From contig OY760907.1 of NCBI GenBank assembly GCA_963664195.1, positions 2,784,001 through 2,848,000 of the forward strand: 64,000 nucleotides of DNA, given 5' to 3'. The notes below the pieces were generated by a model. The model did no database searches and had not been told where the DNA came from. It saw only the letters and a list, made by a program, of their open reading frames with translations. This document shows, piece after piece, positions 1-12,400 of the stretch (position 1 is the stretch's first letter; the number at the start of each line of letters is the position of its first letter). Source of the DNA: an uncultured candidate division Zixibacteria bacterium (GTDB taxonomy: Bacteria; Zixibacteria; MSB-5A5; GN15; FEB-12). Position numbers and translations under genes: made by a program.

Positions 1-160
1 TGGCCCTCCGCAAGGGCAGGAATCATCAGTTACACCGGCCAGGAAATCAATGGTTCCAGTTGTTGACAAGGGAACCTCTGGTTTTTATTCGGCTTATTGT
101 GATTGCCTGAAAGCTTTGCGGGGTTATATTTGGAGCTTGACTGAAAGTGAGCAAAAAGCC

Positions 161-2197
161 ATGTCGACTCAAGACGACCTACAGACAACCGGTTCCCCGT
201 TTAAACTCAGGGCCGGATTCCCCCCTCGAGGGGATCAGCCGCAAGCCATTCAGGAGCTTATGGACGGTCTGAAAGCCGGACGGAAACATCAAACGCTGCT
301 TGGAGTTACGGGTTCGGGCAAGACGTTCACCATGGCCAACGTCATTGCTCAGTACGGCAAACCGGCGCTGGTGATTTCGCATAACAAAACTCTGGCGGCA
401 CAGCTCTACGGCGAACTCAAGGCGTTTTTCCCCCACAATGCGGTTGAGTTTTTCATCAGCTACTACGACTACTATCAGCCGGAGGCGTATCTTCCAACCA
501 CAGATACGTTTATCGAAAAAGACACAGCCCTCAACGAGGACATTGACCGGCTGAGACTTCGCGCGACCGCTTCACTACTGGATCGCCGCGACGTCATTAT
601 AGTCGCGTCTGTTTCCTGCATCTACGGCATCGGTTCGCCGGAAGAATACCGTAAGCAAATGCTGATGCTCAAGGCAGGTACCGAAATGGATCGTGATGAG
701 TGCATCCGGCATTTCATCAGCATTCATTATAATCGCAATGACATCGATTTCAGCCGGGGCAATTTCCGGGTCCGCGGCGACACTATAGAACTGATACCGG
801 CCTATCACGAAACGGCACTCCGGTTTGAGTTCTTTGGCGATGAGCTTGAGAAAATCACCGAGGTTGACCCACTCACCGGCGAGATCGTAGCCGAGCGTGA
901 TCAGGTTGCAGTCTATCCGGCCAAACATTTTGTCACTTCGCGTCCGACGCTGAATAGGTCGATCCAGTTGATCGAGAAGGAACTGGTCAAGCAGCTTGAG
1001 CACTTTCGATCCGAGGACAAACTGCTGGAAGCGCAGCGCATAGAGATACGGACCAAATACGATATTGAGATGCTGAAAGAAGTCGGCTACTGCAGTGGCG
1101 TCGAGAATTACTCCCGGTATCTCACTGGCAGAGAAGAGGGTGAGCGCCCAAAGTCGTTGATTGATTTCTTCAATCAGGATTTCATTACTATCATTGATGA
1201 GTCTCACCAGTCGATTCCACAGATCAGAGGGATGTTTGCCGGCGACCGGAGCCGCAAGGAAGTTTTGGTGAATCACGGTTTCCGGTTGCCGTCGGCGCTG
1301 GACAACCGCCCGCTCTTTTTTGATGAATTCGAGTCCATGCAGCAGCAGGTTGTTTACGTTTCCGCAACGCCTGCCGATTACGAGTTAGAGAAGTCTGAAG
1401 GTGTTGTTGTGGAACAGGTTATCCGCCCGACCGGGCTGCTTGATCCGGAGATCGTGATCAAACCGCTGGCGACTCAGGTAGATGACCTCCTCGAACAGGT
1501 CAGAATCCGCAGAGCGCGTGGGGAGAGGGTGCTGGTTACTACGCTCACAAAGCGCATGAGCGAGGACCTCACTCATTATATGGACAAGGCCGGTATTCGA
1601 GTACGTTATCTGCATTCGGAAATCAAAACGATTGAACGCACCGAGATCATCCGTGATCTTCGCCTGCACGTATTTGATGTACTCGTCGGCGTGAACCTTC
1701 TTCGCGAGGGGTTGGACCTTCCCGAAGTTTCGCTGGTAGCAATTATGGATGCCGACAAGGAGGGCTTCCTGCGGTCGGAGCGGTCACTGATTCAGACCGC
1801 CGGCCGTGCCGCCAGAAATAAAAACGGCGCGGTCATTTTCTACGCTGACAAGATTACCGACTCGATGCGCAAAGCCATGAATGAGACCGCTCGTCGTCGG
1901 GAGAAACAGATGGCCTACAACACGGAACACAATATCAATCCTGAGACCATTTTCAAAACGAGGGATGAGATCCTTCGGTCGACAAAGTTTGCCGATTCAA
2001 GGACTGTCGAGGAGAAAGTATTCGATAAGCCCAAGCAGTTCGAGATGATGTCAAACGAGGATCAAATGGCTTTTCTCGGCAATGCTATGAAGACCGCAGC
2101 AGAAAACCTGGATTTCGAGACGGCGATTATGATCCGTGACGAAATGGCGGAGCTTAAGAACCGGATGAAAAAGGTTACAACAAAACGGGGTCGTTGA
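161..2197 (+). CDS. uvrB: Excinuclease ABC subunit B
   Basis: Walker [50 protein letters not shown]-terminal UVR helix. Start set at in-frame ATG 161. Confidence 0.98.
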   Translation: MSTQDDLQTTGSPFKLRAGFPPRGDQPQAIQELMDGLKAGRKHQTLLGVTGSGKTFTMANVIAQYGKPALVISHNKTLAAQLYGELKAFFPHNAVEFFISYYDYYQPEAYLPTTDTFIEKDTALNEDIDRLRLRATASLLDRRDVIIVASVSCIYGIGSPEEYRKQMLMLKAGTEMDRDECIRHFISIHYNRNDIDFSRGNFRVRGDTIELIPAYHETALRFEFFGDELEKITEVDPLTGEIVAERDQVAVYPAKHFVTSRPTLNRSIQLIEKELVKQLEHFRSEDKLLEAQRIEIRTKYDIEMLKEVGYCSGVENYSRYLTGREEGERPKSLIDFFNQDFITIIDESHQSIPQIRGMFAGDRSRKEVLVNHGFRLPSALDNRPLFFDEFESMQQQVVYVSATPADYELEKSEGVVVEQVIRPTGLLDPEIVIKPLATQVDDLLEQVRIRRARGERVLVTTLTKRMSEDLTHYMDKAGIRVRYLHSEIKTIERTEIIRDLRLHVFDVLVGVNLLREGLDLPEVSLVAIMDADKEGFLRSERSLIQTAGRAARNKNGAVIFYADKITDSMRKAMNETARRREKQMAYNTEHNINPETIFKTRDEILRSTKFADSRTVEEKVFDKPKQFEMMSNEDQMAFLGNAMKTAAENLDFETAIMIRDEMAELKNRMKKVTTKRGR

Positions 2198-2222
2198 GAG
2201 TTTAGTATCTTGAGGTGAGTAT

Positions 2223-3173
2223 ATGAGCAAATTGTCATCGCGAGCAATCTGGTTTGCAACGGCCCTGGTCGTAGGTGTGGGAGTCATTCTCTGTGGCTGC
2301 GAGGAGAAGGACATCACTATCGTCGTCGACGAGGACGAGGTCATCAGGTACGTAACCGAGACTACCGAATGTCTGGAACTGTTCTCCACATCCGGACTGA
2401 TCAACTCTGATCCGTACACGGTGCCGTTCGACAATGCCGTCTACACGGATTCGATTCTGACGATCAAATCTTCGTATCAAGCCTTTCTCGTGCCCCTGAA
2501 AGTACAAAAACCGGGCACTAACGACACGGTCGCCAACTCCGACACTGCGCTCTATCAGGATTACGGTAACTACGGAAAACTCCGCGAGGCCCTGGTTGAA
2601 GTGACGGATGAATTTCATGTCCAGACCACCAGGACGTATGCCGATTCGACCGCTGTCGATTCCGCCTGGCGCGAGATAACCAGATACGGCTTTTTCCTCA
2701 AGCTAGGCGATGACGGCCATGAATACCTGGGTTGGCTGCTGTGGGGATACAACGGGGCCGGAAGCGCCTACAACGTCCCTCCTTTCGTGGTGCGTCTCGA
2801 GAAATGGGACGGCTCGGAATTCTCAGGTGACTACTCAATGTACCAGGACTTGCCCAAGTCCAGCGAGTTGTACATTCCCCGGATACCGTATGTTCGCCTC
2901 ATCGAGCTAGACACGGTAGTCGTACGGAGTCGGCTCACAGTATCTGTTGAGCGGTCCGAAAGTGCTCCAGGGAGTTTCCAACTGATCTCGGGTGTTGACA
3001 CCAGCGGATACTTCATGCGTAATATGATTGCTAATGGACTGGTGTCGACTGCGGTGGTAAGAGCAGACAAGAAAAACTCACGCCAATACAACTTGCTGTG
3101 CATCCAGTCGTTTGCCGACGATCTCGATTATCTGCACGACGAATACATGTGGTGCGTACCGTACGTGATGTAG
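2223..3173 (+). CDS. Hypothetical lipoprotein
   Basis: 316-aa ORF with GAGGTG RBS. Signal peptide ends in a lipobox-like ILCG-C. No recognised family. Confidence 0.75.
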   Translation: MSKLSSRAIWFATALVVGVGVILCGCEEKDITIVVDEDEVIRYVTETTECLELFSTSGLINSDPYTVPFDNAVYTDSILTIKSSYQAFLVPLKVQKPGTNDTVANSDTALYQDYGNYGKLREALVEVTDEFHVQTTRTYADSTAVDSAWREITRYGFFLKLGDDGHEYLGWLLWGYNGAGSAYNVPPFVVRLEKWDGSEFSGDYSMYQDLPKSSELYIPRIPYVRLIELDTVVVRSRLTVSVERSESAPGSFQLISGVDTSGYFMRNMIANGLVSTAVVRADKKNSRQYNLLCIQSFADDLDYLHDEYMWCVPYVM

Positions 3174-3423
3174 AGAACCGGGCTGCCGTGTCCTATGCTT
3201 GTCGGGTGGCCGGGAACGCCACGAGTGGCTCAAACTTGTTTGGCCCGGAATCAAGCCTCGTGGGCGGCAGATGATATTCTGCCCCGGCCTTATCTGTTGC
3301 CGCACAGGCACCTCCAATAAAACCGCGCGTGCCCCCTTTTTTGCTTGAATACGAAGCCCCGCCAATAGTAACTTCGTCATAAGAAAACAGACGGATGTTT
3401 TTTAATCATATCAAGGAGGACGT

Positions 3424-4236
3424 ATGTCTACCAAGCCATCAAAAGGGCTGCCGTTGTTGCTGGTCGTGATTATCGCGCTGGGAGCGATCGGATGCGGCAC
3501 ACAGGTACCGTCGGGACACCGGGGAGTGTTCTACGCGAAATTCGGTGAAGGTACAGAGTTTGGAAACATCTACGGCGAAGGGTTTGCATGGCATCTGCCG
3601 TGGAACTCCATGTTTGTGTACCGGACCCAGGTGCAAGAGCGCAAGGAATCCCTGAACGTGCTGTCATCTGACGGTGCTTCGATCCGGATGGAAGTATCTA
3701 TTCTGTTCCATCCGACGGTGGATAAGCTCGATTCATTGCAAGTTATGATCGGTCCAAACTACTACAACGACGTAGTCGCGCCTAACCTTCGAGGAATCGC
3801 CCGCGGTGTAGCGGGGCGCTACAAACCGGAGGAGATTTACTCCACCAAACGAGATGAGTTGGCCTCTGAGATCCTGACGGGACTGAATAAAGAGGTGGCC
3901 CAGAAGTGGGTTGTGGTCCAGAACGTGCTTGTGCGCGACGTCGTTATCCCGGCGAAAATCTCCGAGGCGATCAACTTCAAACTGACCGCCGATCAGGAAG
4001 CTCAGAAGATGCAATTCACCATCGAGAAGGAACGTCTCGAGGCCGAGCGCAAGAAGATCGAGGCGCAGGGTATCGCCGATTTCCAGAAGATCGTGTCGGC
4101 CGGTATAACCCAATCCTACCTGAAATGGAAGGGTATCGAAGCTACTCAGAAACTGGCCGAGTCACCGAACTCCAAGGTGGTGATGGTCGGCAACACCAGC
4201 CAGAGTATGCCGGTGATTCTGAGTGCCGACAAGTAG
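3424..4236 (+). CDS. SPFH/band 7 (prohibitin-like) protein
   Basis: AGGAGG RBS; VPSGHRGV, EGFAWHLPW and SSDG motifs; coiled-coil EAERKKIEAQG; KLAESPNSK. Confidence 0.92.
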   Translation: MSTKPSKGLPLLLVVIIALGAIGCGTQVPSGHRGVFYAKFGEGTEFGNIYGEGFAWHLPWNSMFVYRTQVQERKESLNVLSSDGASIRMEVSILFHPTVDKLDSLQVMIGPNYYNDVVAPNLRGIARGVAGRYKPEEIYSTKRDELASEILTGLNKEVAQKWVVVQNVLVRDVVIPAKISEAINFKLTADQEAQKMQFTIEKERLEAERKKIEAQGIADFQKIVSAGITQSYLKWKGIEATQKLAESPNSKVVMVGNTSQSMPVILSADK

Positions 4237-4260
4237 ATTGAGATTTAGAGTCGACTTTTC

Positions 4261-4297
4261 AGCCCCGACCGGTTATTGAACTGGTTGGGGCTTTCTT
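4261..4297 (+). terminator. Intrinsic terminator after SPFH gene
   Basis: AGCCCCGACCGG/CTGGTTGGGGCT stem followed by TTCTT. Confidence 0.65.
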
Positions 4298-4398
4298 ATG
4301 CGGCGATACACCCGCGCTTGCATAGAAAATAATAGACATGGAAGTCACCGCATAGTATACTGCCTTGACGCCAGCTTAGCAGAACAGGGGAGAAGGTC

Positions 4399-5079
4399 TT
4401 GGATTCGTCAACGAACACAGAATCAGAGTATAAACCCGCCAATGGTCTGGCGAAGGTCACCGTTGCGGTCTTCTGGATCCTTATCGGCGAATGCTGCCTG
4501 GAGGGCGTCCTTGATCTTGCGGTTCTTTTCGGAGCGCTGGGCAGAGGCAACTCGTTGGACACTCATCTCTTGATAAGCGGACTACTCTTGTTGGTCTGGA
4601 TGCCGATGGTTCTTCTGAGTTTCGTTCTGTTCCCTTTGTGGGTTCATCGAGTCAGCAGCAATCTCAGGGTCTTCGGCGACGTTCATCCCGGGTGGGTGGA
4701 TGGCTGGGCGTTCATGTACTTCTTGCCTGTCGCCCCTGAGAAGCGTCTTATCTACAAACCTTGGAAGGCCGCCGAGTTCATCTGGAAGAAGAGCCATCCG
4801 AAACCGGAAGATCAAGATGGAAAAGCTCCCAGCTATCTGGAGCGTTGGTGGAGTCTGACGTTTGGTGCGTTCATGATATCGCTTATAGTACTCCGTTTCG
4901 CGGTCGTTGCGACGGAAGGATCGCCCGTGAAGGCCTGCGTAGCCGGTTCTGCAGTGGTGAACGTGCTCTTCGTAGTAGCTGCTCGTCTCTGCATTCGCTT
5001 TGTCAAGGACGTCACCGCTATGCAAAACACCAGGGCGCAGACTCTGCCGCACATCATGACCACCACGCCCGGCACCTGA
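4399..5079 (+). CDS. DUF4328-like membrane protein (copy 1)
   Basis: Multi-TM; W-V-H-R-V-S-S-N-L, KPW...IWKKS and WW motifs; TTG start. Paralogous to the next gene. Confidence 0.6.
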   Translation: MDSSTNTESEYKPANGLAKVTVAVFWILIGECCLEGVLDLAVLFGALGRGNSLDTHLLISGLLLLVWMPMVLLSFVLFPLWVHRVSSNLRVFGDVHPGWVDGWAFMYFLPVAPEKRLIYKPWKAAEFIWKKSHPKPEDQDGKAPSYLERWWSLTFGAFMISLIVLRFAVVATEGSPVKACVAGSAVVNVLFVVAARLCIRFVKDVTAMQNTRAQTLPHIMTTTPGT

Positions 5080-5092
5080 ACAGAAAGACGCC

Positions 5093-5806
5093 ATGAGTGA
5101 TATGAAAACCAAGCACAAATACAGACCCGCCGATGGTCTTGCGAAGCTGGCGGCCATTCCTCTTTGGGCGTACGTTACTCTGTCCATCTGGGTGGCAGTG
5201 ATCTACGCTTCGGAAGCGATCCGAATAGTCGGCATTGACGGGACAGTACTGAGCGCGAGTGAGTGGTATTTGGATGCTCGGGCAGCGAGTCTGCGGATTG
5301 CGTTTGTGGTACTAATTGTCGCAGGTGCCATGTGTGGACTGTGGACATATCGGGTTGTCGCCAACGTCCGTTCTTTCCCCGGAGTGCAGCTCTGGACGTA
5401 TACACCCATGAGGAGTGCGCTGATAGTCTCCATTCCGATAGTGAATCTCATCGGGGCTACCGGGGTGATCAAAGAAGTTTGGAATGCGAGCCGAGGTGTC
5501 GGTTATCCTCAGGTGAGGCCGCGGCTTTCTTGGATCAAACTGAGCGCCCTGTCCAAAGCACCTGAAGCTTGGGGAACATTCCTCCTTGCAGGGTTTACCG
5601 GATCGACCTTCTTTGCCGTCAAGGACGTTGGGTTCCCGGCTGATGGCACGATGTCCCCGATGTTGTTTCTCGCTGCGGGTAGTCTCATGGCCTTGATGTG
5701 CGGAGTTGTGGCCGCCTACACAGTCCGGCTCCTGAACCTCATCACTGCCATGCAGAACAAAAGGGCAGAAGAATTCCACCGCCATTCTATCTCCCCGACC
5801 CTCTAA
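5093..5806 (+). CDS. DUF4328-like membrane protein (copy 2)
   Basis: WTYRVVANV, IPIVNL, IKEVWNAS. Shares Y(K/R)PAxGLAK and TAMQNxRA with copy 1. Confidence 0.65.
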   Translation: MSDMKTKHKYRPADGLAKLAAIPLWAYVTLSIWVAVIYASEAIRIVGIDGTVLSASEWYLDARAASLRIAFVVLIVAGAMCGLWTYRVVANVRSFPGVQLWTYTPMRSALIVSIPIVNLIGATGVIKEVWNASRGVGYPQVRPRLSWIKLSALSKAPEAWGTFLLAGFTGSTFFAVKDVGFPADGTMSPMLFLAAGSLMALMCGVVAAYTVRLLNLITAMQNKRAEEFHRHSISPTL

Positions 5807-6151
5807 CCAATCCTCGCCCTACGCCCGCCCGACGCAGCAATTGGCGCACTTCCTGCGATAATCAACCCACAAAAGCGGATATTGTTAGGTTTGTTAGCCT
5901 GTTGCAATATTGTCATCATTCCGCATCGGTTTTCACACCAATCCAATAGTAATCGCTAGGGGCTTCGAGTAATTATTGAACAAAGAAATCAGCCAATTCC
6001 GAGTACTTAAAGATAACAATCTGACGCTGTCTGAAGGCCGTTTTTGCAAGTCGGCACACAACTTACGCATGGATATTTCACATAAAGGTAAACGTTGTGC
6101 AGATAATCGACTTGGATGTCGGTAAGTTCCCTGTTTTCAGGTAATTAGCGG

Positions 6152-6168
6152 TTGGCCCGTTTCTTGCA
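6152..6168 (+). promoter_or_regulatory. Putative sigma-54 (-24/-12) promoter of giant protein gene
   Basis: TTGGCCCG-TTTC-TTGCA matches YTGGCACG-N4-TTGCW with exact GG-N10-GC spacing and one mismatch. Confidence 0.6.
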
Positions 6169-6195
6169 GGAAGGTCTCTGGCTGGCTAATCTGCC

Positions 6196-6223
6196 TTGAC
6201 AGATAGGGAGAAAGAAGTATATT
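6196..6223 (+). promoter_or_regulatory. Putative sigma-70 promoter of giant protein gene
   Basis: TTGACA-16 nt-TATATT. Confidence 0.65.
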
Positions 6224-6417
6224 GAGACGCTGGCGATTACCAGTACATTATACTTCTTTAAATCTCTGCCTGATGGTCACGCTGGGGAAGCAAATAGCCA
6301 GGTAAGATTATAGAGCATCCTTTAAGGATCTGAGACTAATGCCTTAGGATGGTCGCTCCCGTGCCGCACACGTAGGCACTTGTCTGCCTCGGGACGACAT
6401 CCGTTTTTGGAGGAAAG

Positions 6418-9400
6418 ATGAATAGGAGAAGGTCGCTTCTCAGTCTTCTGGTTCTCACATTTGTTTGTGTTTCACTCTTTAGCCCTCTGGCGACAGCTGA
6501 TCAGTCTGTACCGAACAGTGGCCCGTCCCGCGTGGATACACCCGTGGAACCCCTCTGGGTGCCGACTTTCGTTCTGCCGGATGACACCGTGCTGGTCTGG
6601 TGCGAAGCGGAGCAATACTGCTTTGATATCACCGCTGCCGACGCGGACGAGTCCGACAGCCTGTTGCTGTCTCTGGTCAGTGGGCCTATTGCGTACGAAC
6701 CGGAACTGTTCGGATACGAATTCACCACCACCGTCTGCTTCACGCCTGAGACTTCGGGCGATTACACGTTTGTCTGGCAGTTGACCGACAAGCAGCAGCA
6801 CGTGCTCGTTGATACGGTCACGTTTACGGTTGAGCTCGGTTTTATTCCCTCTATCGAGGATCAGCAGTTCTTTGCCGAACTCTGCAACCTCCACGAGGAT
6901 CGTATCCTCGAACTTGGCATTGCAGCCGACGGGACGACATACGAACTCGTCTCCGGTCCGGGAGCTCTTGACCCGCAAACCGGGCAGCTTGCCTATCAGC
7001 CGGACACGTCCGGTACCTACACGTTTGAAGTTGCGGCCTTCAGCGAATGCGGTGCAGACACGGCGACCATCACCGACGAAGTGGTGCTCAACCTCCCGCC
7101 GTACTGCCTCCCTTATGACACCGTCGTCTACCTCTGTGATCCCGAAGAAGTCTGTTTTGACGTTTTCGCCGTGGATCCCGAGGGTGACCCTATTGTTCTG
7201 TCGATGCTGGAAGGTCCGGGTACGTTTACCCAGACGAGCGACACCTCCGGCACCGCCTGCTTCATGCCCGGCGACGTTGAACATGCGATTTACAATTTTG
7301 TTTTCTATTCCGCCGACAGTTGTGTGCAGTCCCATGACGACCCGAACAAGGCCCCGATGTGCTGTATCGACACCTTCCATGTCGAAGTCATCATCACGGA
7401 GCCGGGCGATCTGGCCTGTCCGGGCGACACGACCATAGACCTTTGTGTCCCGCCGGAATTGGTTCCTAACGAAATCTGCCTGACCGGCTTCACGAGCACG
7501 TGGGAGACCACCGAAGTCTCTCTCGGTACTCTGGACGGGGAGACGGTTTGTTTCCCGACCGATGGTCTCGGCACTTACACGATCAGCATGTACGGCTCCG
7601 ATACCTGCGGCCATGCCGACACCTGCACCATGCAGGTGACGCTTCGCGGCAACGAGGTTCCGGTGCTGATGATGGCTGACGACTTTGAGGACGAGTTCTG
7701 TCTTGCCGACACGATCTGTTTCTCCGCGACTGCATCCGATCCTGACGGCAACATAGTCGAGTACGATCTGAACCTCGGCACTTACGATCCCGAGACGGAA
7801 ACCATCTGTCTGGGTGTCGATGCTGCTGGTACCTACGAAGTCATCATGACTGTCACCGATGCCTGCGGCGCCACCGCCACTGACACGACGGTCGTTACGC
7901 TGACGCCGGTTGACCCGCCGACCGTCAGTCTGGGCGATGATATGCAATTCGCCTTCTGCGCTCCGCAGACGGTCTGCATTCCCGCCACGATTACTAGCGA
8001 CCGCGAGGTTACCGTGCTGACGTCGATAGGCACTTGGGATGAACAGGGCAACATGGTCTGTTTCCTTGCCGAAACGGCCGACGTTTACGAGTTGATCCTC
8101 ACCGTTCAGGATGACTGCGGCAATCAGGCCGCAGACACTGTGCTGGTCGACGTGCAGCTCGACACCCCGCCGGTAATCGAAGGATTGTACGACACCACGA
8201 TCGCGCTTTGCGATCCGGGAGAAGTCTGCATCCCGGTTCAGATAACTGACGTCGACGATGACAATCTCGTGATCTCGACGAGCATCGGTACCTACGCCGA
8301 CGGTCAGATATGCTTCATGGCGGAAGGCTCCGGGTCTTACAGCCTGACAGTAACCGCTACGGATGAATGCGAGAACACCGTTTCAGAGACGGTGACTGTC
8401 GACGTCGCAGTTGGCAGCGCCCCGGTTATCGCCGGCCTGGCTGACACCGGCATCTATTTATGCTACCCGCGTGAGATTTGCATCCCGGTCGAGGTTACAG
8501 ATATCGACGGCGACATCACTGAGATCACTTCGAGCCTGGGTACTTTCGCTGACGGTCAGGTTTGCTTTGTCCCGTACAACAAGGGCGACTACCAGATTGT
8601 CGTGACTGCCACCGATGAGTGCGGTCACGTTGCGGTCGACACTGCTAACATAGAAGTCAAGACTGATCAGGATGTCCACATCGTCTGCCCGAATGACACA
8701 CTGATCTTCCTCTGCGAGCCGGACACGCTTTGCTTCCCGATTGAGGGAATCCCCGACGGGGCAGAGGTTACGGTTGGTGGCACTGCCACTTATTGGAACG
8801 AGGAAACACAGTCGATCTGTTTCGTCTCAGATTGCTGCCTTGAAAATACGCTTTCGGTCGCTGTAACCACCGCCTGCGGTACGCACACCTGTGAGTTTAC
8901 TGTCGAGGTGCAGACCAACAGTCAGCCGTTGGTTATGATGCCGACAGATACTACCGTCTTCCTCTGTGAGGACGGCACGGTTTGTCTGCCCGTTGGTATC
9001 TCCGATATCGACGGCAACATTGCCGAAGTGACCGTCGAGGGCGGCACTTACGACGACTACGAAAACACGGTTTGCTTTGAGCCGAACGGCGAAGGCCACT
9101 ACACCATCTCCGTTCACGTGATCGATTCTTGTGGTGCCGAGCGCACCGATGAGATGAACGTCACAATTGATCTAAACGCGCCTCCGGTGCTGACCACGCT
9201 GTTTGCCGAGACGTTGATATACCAGTGCGAACTGGAAGAAATCTGCATCCCGCTTAATATCTTTGACGTCAATGAGAATCTTCAGGGCATAGTAGCGGAT
9301 CAGTCCGGTACCTGGGGACCGATTGGCGAAGGCCATATTGATACGAATTTCTGTTACCTGCCCGACAGCTTCGGTGAGCATTGCATCACGTTTACCGCTA

Positions 9401-12400
9401 CCGACGAGTGCGGTCTGACCGATGAGCTTCAGGTCTGCTTCACTATCGAGCAGCCCTCGGTAGTAGCTATCGAATGCCCCGATCCCGCCAGTCTGGCGGT
9501 TTGTGGTCCGGGCGCAGTCTGCTTCCCGGTTACCATCACCGGTGACCCGAGCGAAGTTACCACTTCGGTCGGCTGGTACGACAATGGACAGGTTTGCGTC
9601 CACACTGATGATCTCCCGTTTACTGAAATCGTCATTATTGCCGTTGGTGACTGCAATACCGACACTTGCGTTACCGAGTTCAACCTTGAGATGGTAGACT
9701 CGCCAGATATCACCTGTCCGAACGACACCACGGTTTCCCTCTGCGGTCCCGAGACGCTTATCATTCCTTTTGAGATTTCAGGCGGCGACGGCCCCAACCA
9801 GATGATTACGGCCTCCGCTCCGGCAACGGTTGAGTTCGACAACGGCTGGTTTGTGCTCGTTCCGGTCTCCGAGACGGGCACGCAGACGGTTACTCTGACA
9901 CACTCGTCTCTGCCCTGCGAACCGGCTGAGTGCAGTTTCGACGTCACAGCCGTATTCAACTCCGCCCCGAAGGTTGAGATGAATGACCTCACGGTTAGCT
10001 ACTGTGAGCTTCAGGAAGTCTGTGTGCCGTTCTGGGCCGACGACGTTGATAACAACATCACTGATATTACCAGCTCGTTTGGCAGCGTCATTCTCGACGG
10101 CGAAGGCCCGACCGTCGCTCTTGCCCCGCTCAAGCTGCAGGATCGCGTCGGATTGCAGATGACACCGCCGACCGGTGAAGTCTGCTTCATACCGGATGCC
10201 TTCGGTGATTACTCTCTCACGGTTACCGTGACTGACGAATGTGGTGAACAGGCGGATGTTACCGTCACAGCCACCGTCAACGAACGCTCGAAAGTAGAGA
10301 TAAGCTGCCCCGTGAACCCGGCCCCGTTCACCTTCTGTGAACTGGGCACTCAGTGCATTCCGCTGCCGATCATCGGCGACGAGTTTACGGTGGATGCCAG
10401 CTTCGGCAACTGGGAAAACGATCAGCTTTGCGTGACTGTCGAGCAATACGGCCTCTACCAGATAACGGTAGTAGCCGAGTCCGAGTGCAACAACGATACT
10501 TGCACCTTCCAGGTCGAGTTCCTTGAGCCGGTCGAAGTTACCTGCTCGGTTGCTGACACTACGTTGTTCCTTTGTGAAAACGATCCCGCGACGATACAGA
10601 TTCCGGTGACCGTCACAGGTGACGACGCTGTCGTGACGGTCGAACCGGCCGGTGAATACGCCGACGGCTTCGTTACGGTCACCGTGGGCGATTTCGGTGT
10701 CAGCGAATTCACCGTTACTGCTACGAACGCTTGTAGTGAATCAGACTGCTCGTTTACGGTTGGTCTGAGCTGGAACGCTGCGCCGGTCGTTGAGGCCGCC
10801 GATACCAGTCTCAGTTTCTGTGAACTGGCTGAAATTTGTGTGCCGTTCGAGGCTACCGACGCCGACGGCAATCTGTACGAAATCCGCACTTCGCTGGGCG
10901 TGGTTCGCGACGGACACGTTTGCTTCACGCCGGATGCGTACGGAGATCACCAGATCACCATCACTGCCACCGACGAATGCGAAGCCAGCTCTGAGAAGAC
11001 GATCACGGTTACGGTGACCGAAGGCACGTCGGTCGCAATTGATTGCCCCGTTGACCCGTTCTATCTCTGGGTTGAAGTCCCCGACACCATTCGCATCCCG
11101 GTTGCAATTACCCCGACCGATGAGGTAGAGATAACGGTTTCCCCGGACGGCTACTACGATGCTGCCGCCGGTGAACTTGTGGCCTACGTTACCAGCACCG
11201 GCATGTACCAGTATGACATAACCGCCGTTGCCGAGTGTAACACAGAGACCTGTCAGGTCAACGTCGAAATCGGCCAGTACGTACCGCCGATAGTCACTTG
11301 CATCGGTTCTGTCGATACGGCCCTGTGTCTGACTCAGCCGACTACGCTCTGTCTGCCGGTGACGGTAACCGGCTCCAACGTCGAGGTTCTGGTCAGCGAC
11401 CCTGCGTACTACGAGAACGGCAATGTCTGTCTCGAAGTCACCGAGGCCGGCAACTACACTATAGATGTCACCGCCTTCAACGATCGCGACACCGCCACCT
11501 GCACGTCAGAGTTGGTGGTGACCGGCGGCAACCCTCCGACTCTCGTGATGCCGGATGATTTCACCACGCGCCTTTGTGAGCCGGATGATATCTGCTTTGA
11601 GGTCACAATAGAAGACACCGACTTTGACATCACTCGCCTCGATATCAGCCTCGGTACTTACGACGCCGGCTCCGGCCACGTCTGTTTCTTCGCCGATGTC
11701 GCAGGTGACTACCCGATAGAAATCAGGGTTGCAGATGATTGCGGCAACGAGATTACGAAATCAACGGTTGTCACGGTTGAGTTCAACGACGCTCCGGTCG
11801 TTGTCCTGCCGGATGACTACTCGGCTTTCCTCTGCGATCTGTCTGAAATCTGTGTTGACGTCACGATCACCGACACTGAAGATGTCACCGTGACTTCAAA
11901 CATCGGTCAGTATGACAGCCAGACCGGTCAGGTCTGCTTCACGCCGGACGGCCCTGGTACATATGAAATTACGGTCGAAGCAACTGATGACTGCGAGGCT
12001 GTCGGTTCGGACACTATCGCGATTGATGTTCTTGGAAACACACCGCCCACTATCAGCGGCCTGAACGATACCTCCGTCTACGTCTGCTACCCGACCGAGA
12101 TGTGCTTGACCCTGGATGTCTACGATATCGACGACAATATCCAATCGATTGATGTCTCCTACGGTACGTACGAAAACGGCCAGGTTTGCTTCGTGCCGTA
12201 CGCTGCCGGATCCTACGAAGTCATCGCGACTGTTACTGATGAATGCGGTGAAGTCGCTGTTGATACGGCCACGGTCGACGTACACACGGATCAGGAAGTC
12301 GAAATCGTCTGTCCGGGCGACACCTCGATCTTCCTCTGTGAGCCGGAAACGCTGTGCTTCCCGATCGGCGGCATCCCGGAAGGCGCGACGGTTGACGTCG

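Noticed and set aside
3226..3247. Imperfect palindrome GGCTCAAAC-TT-GTTTGGCC (and a GTAG-like remnant at about 16165-16205)
   Set aside because: Too degenerate and single-copy here to call as REP elements.
6051..6067. Third sigma-54-like site CGGCACACAACTTAC
   Set aside because: Lacks the GC at -12.
6274..6345. Possible c-di-GMP riboswitch (GGTCACGC...GCAAA)
   Set aside because: The GNRA loop/receptor and P1-P2 pattern of class I were not found by eye; retained only as an unnamed structured leader.
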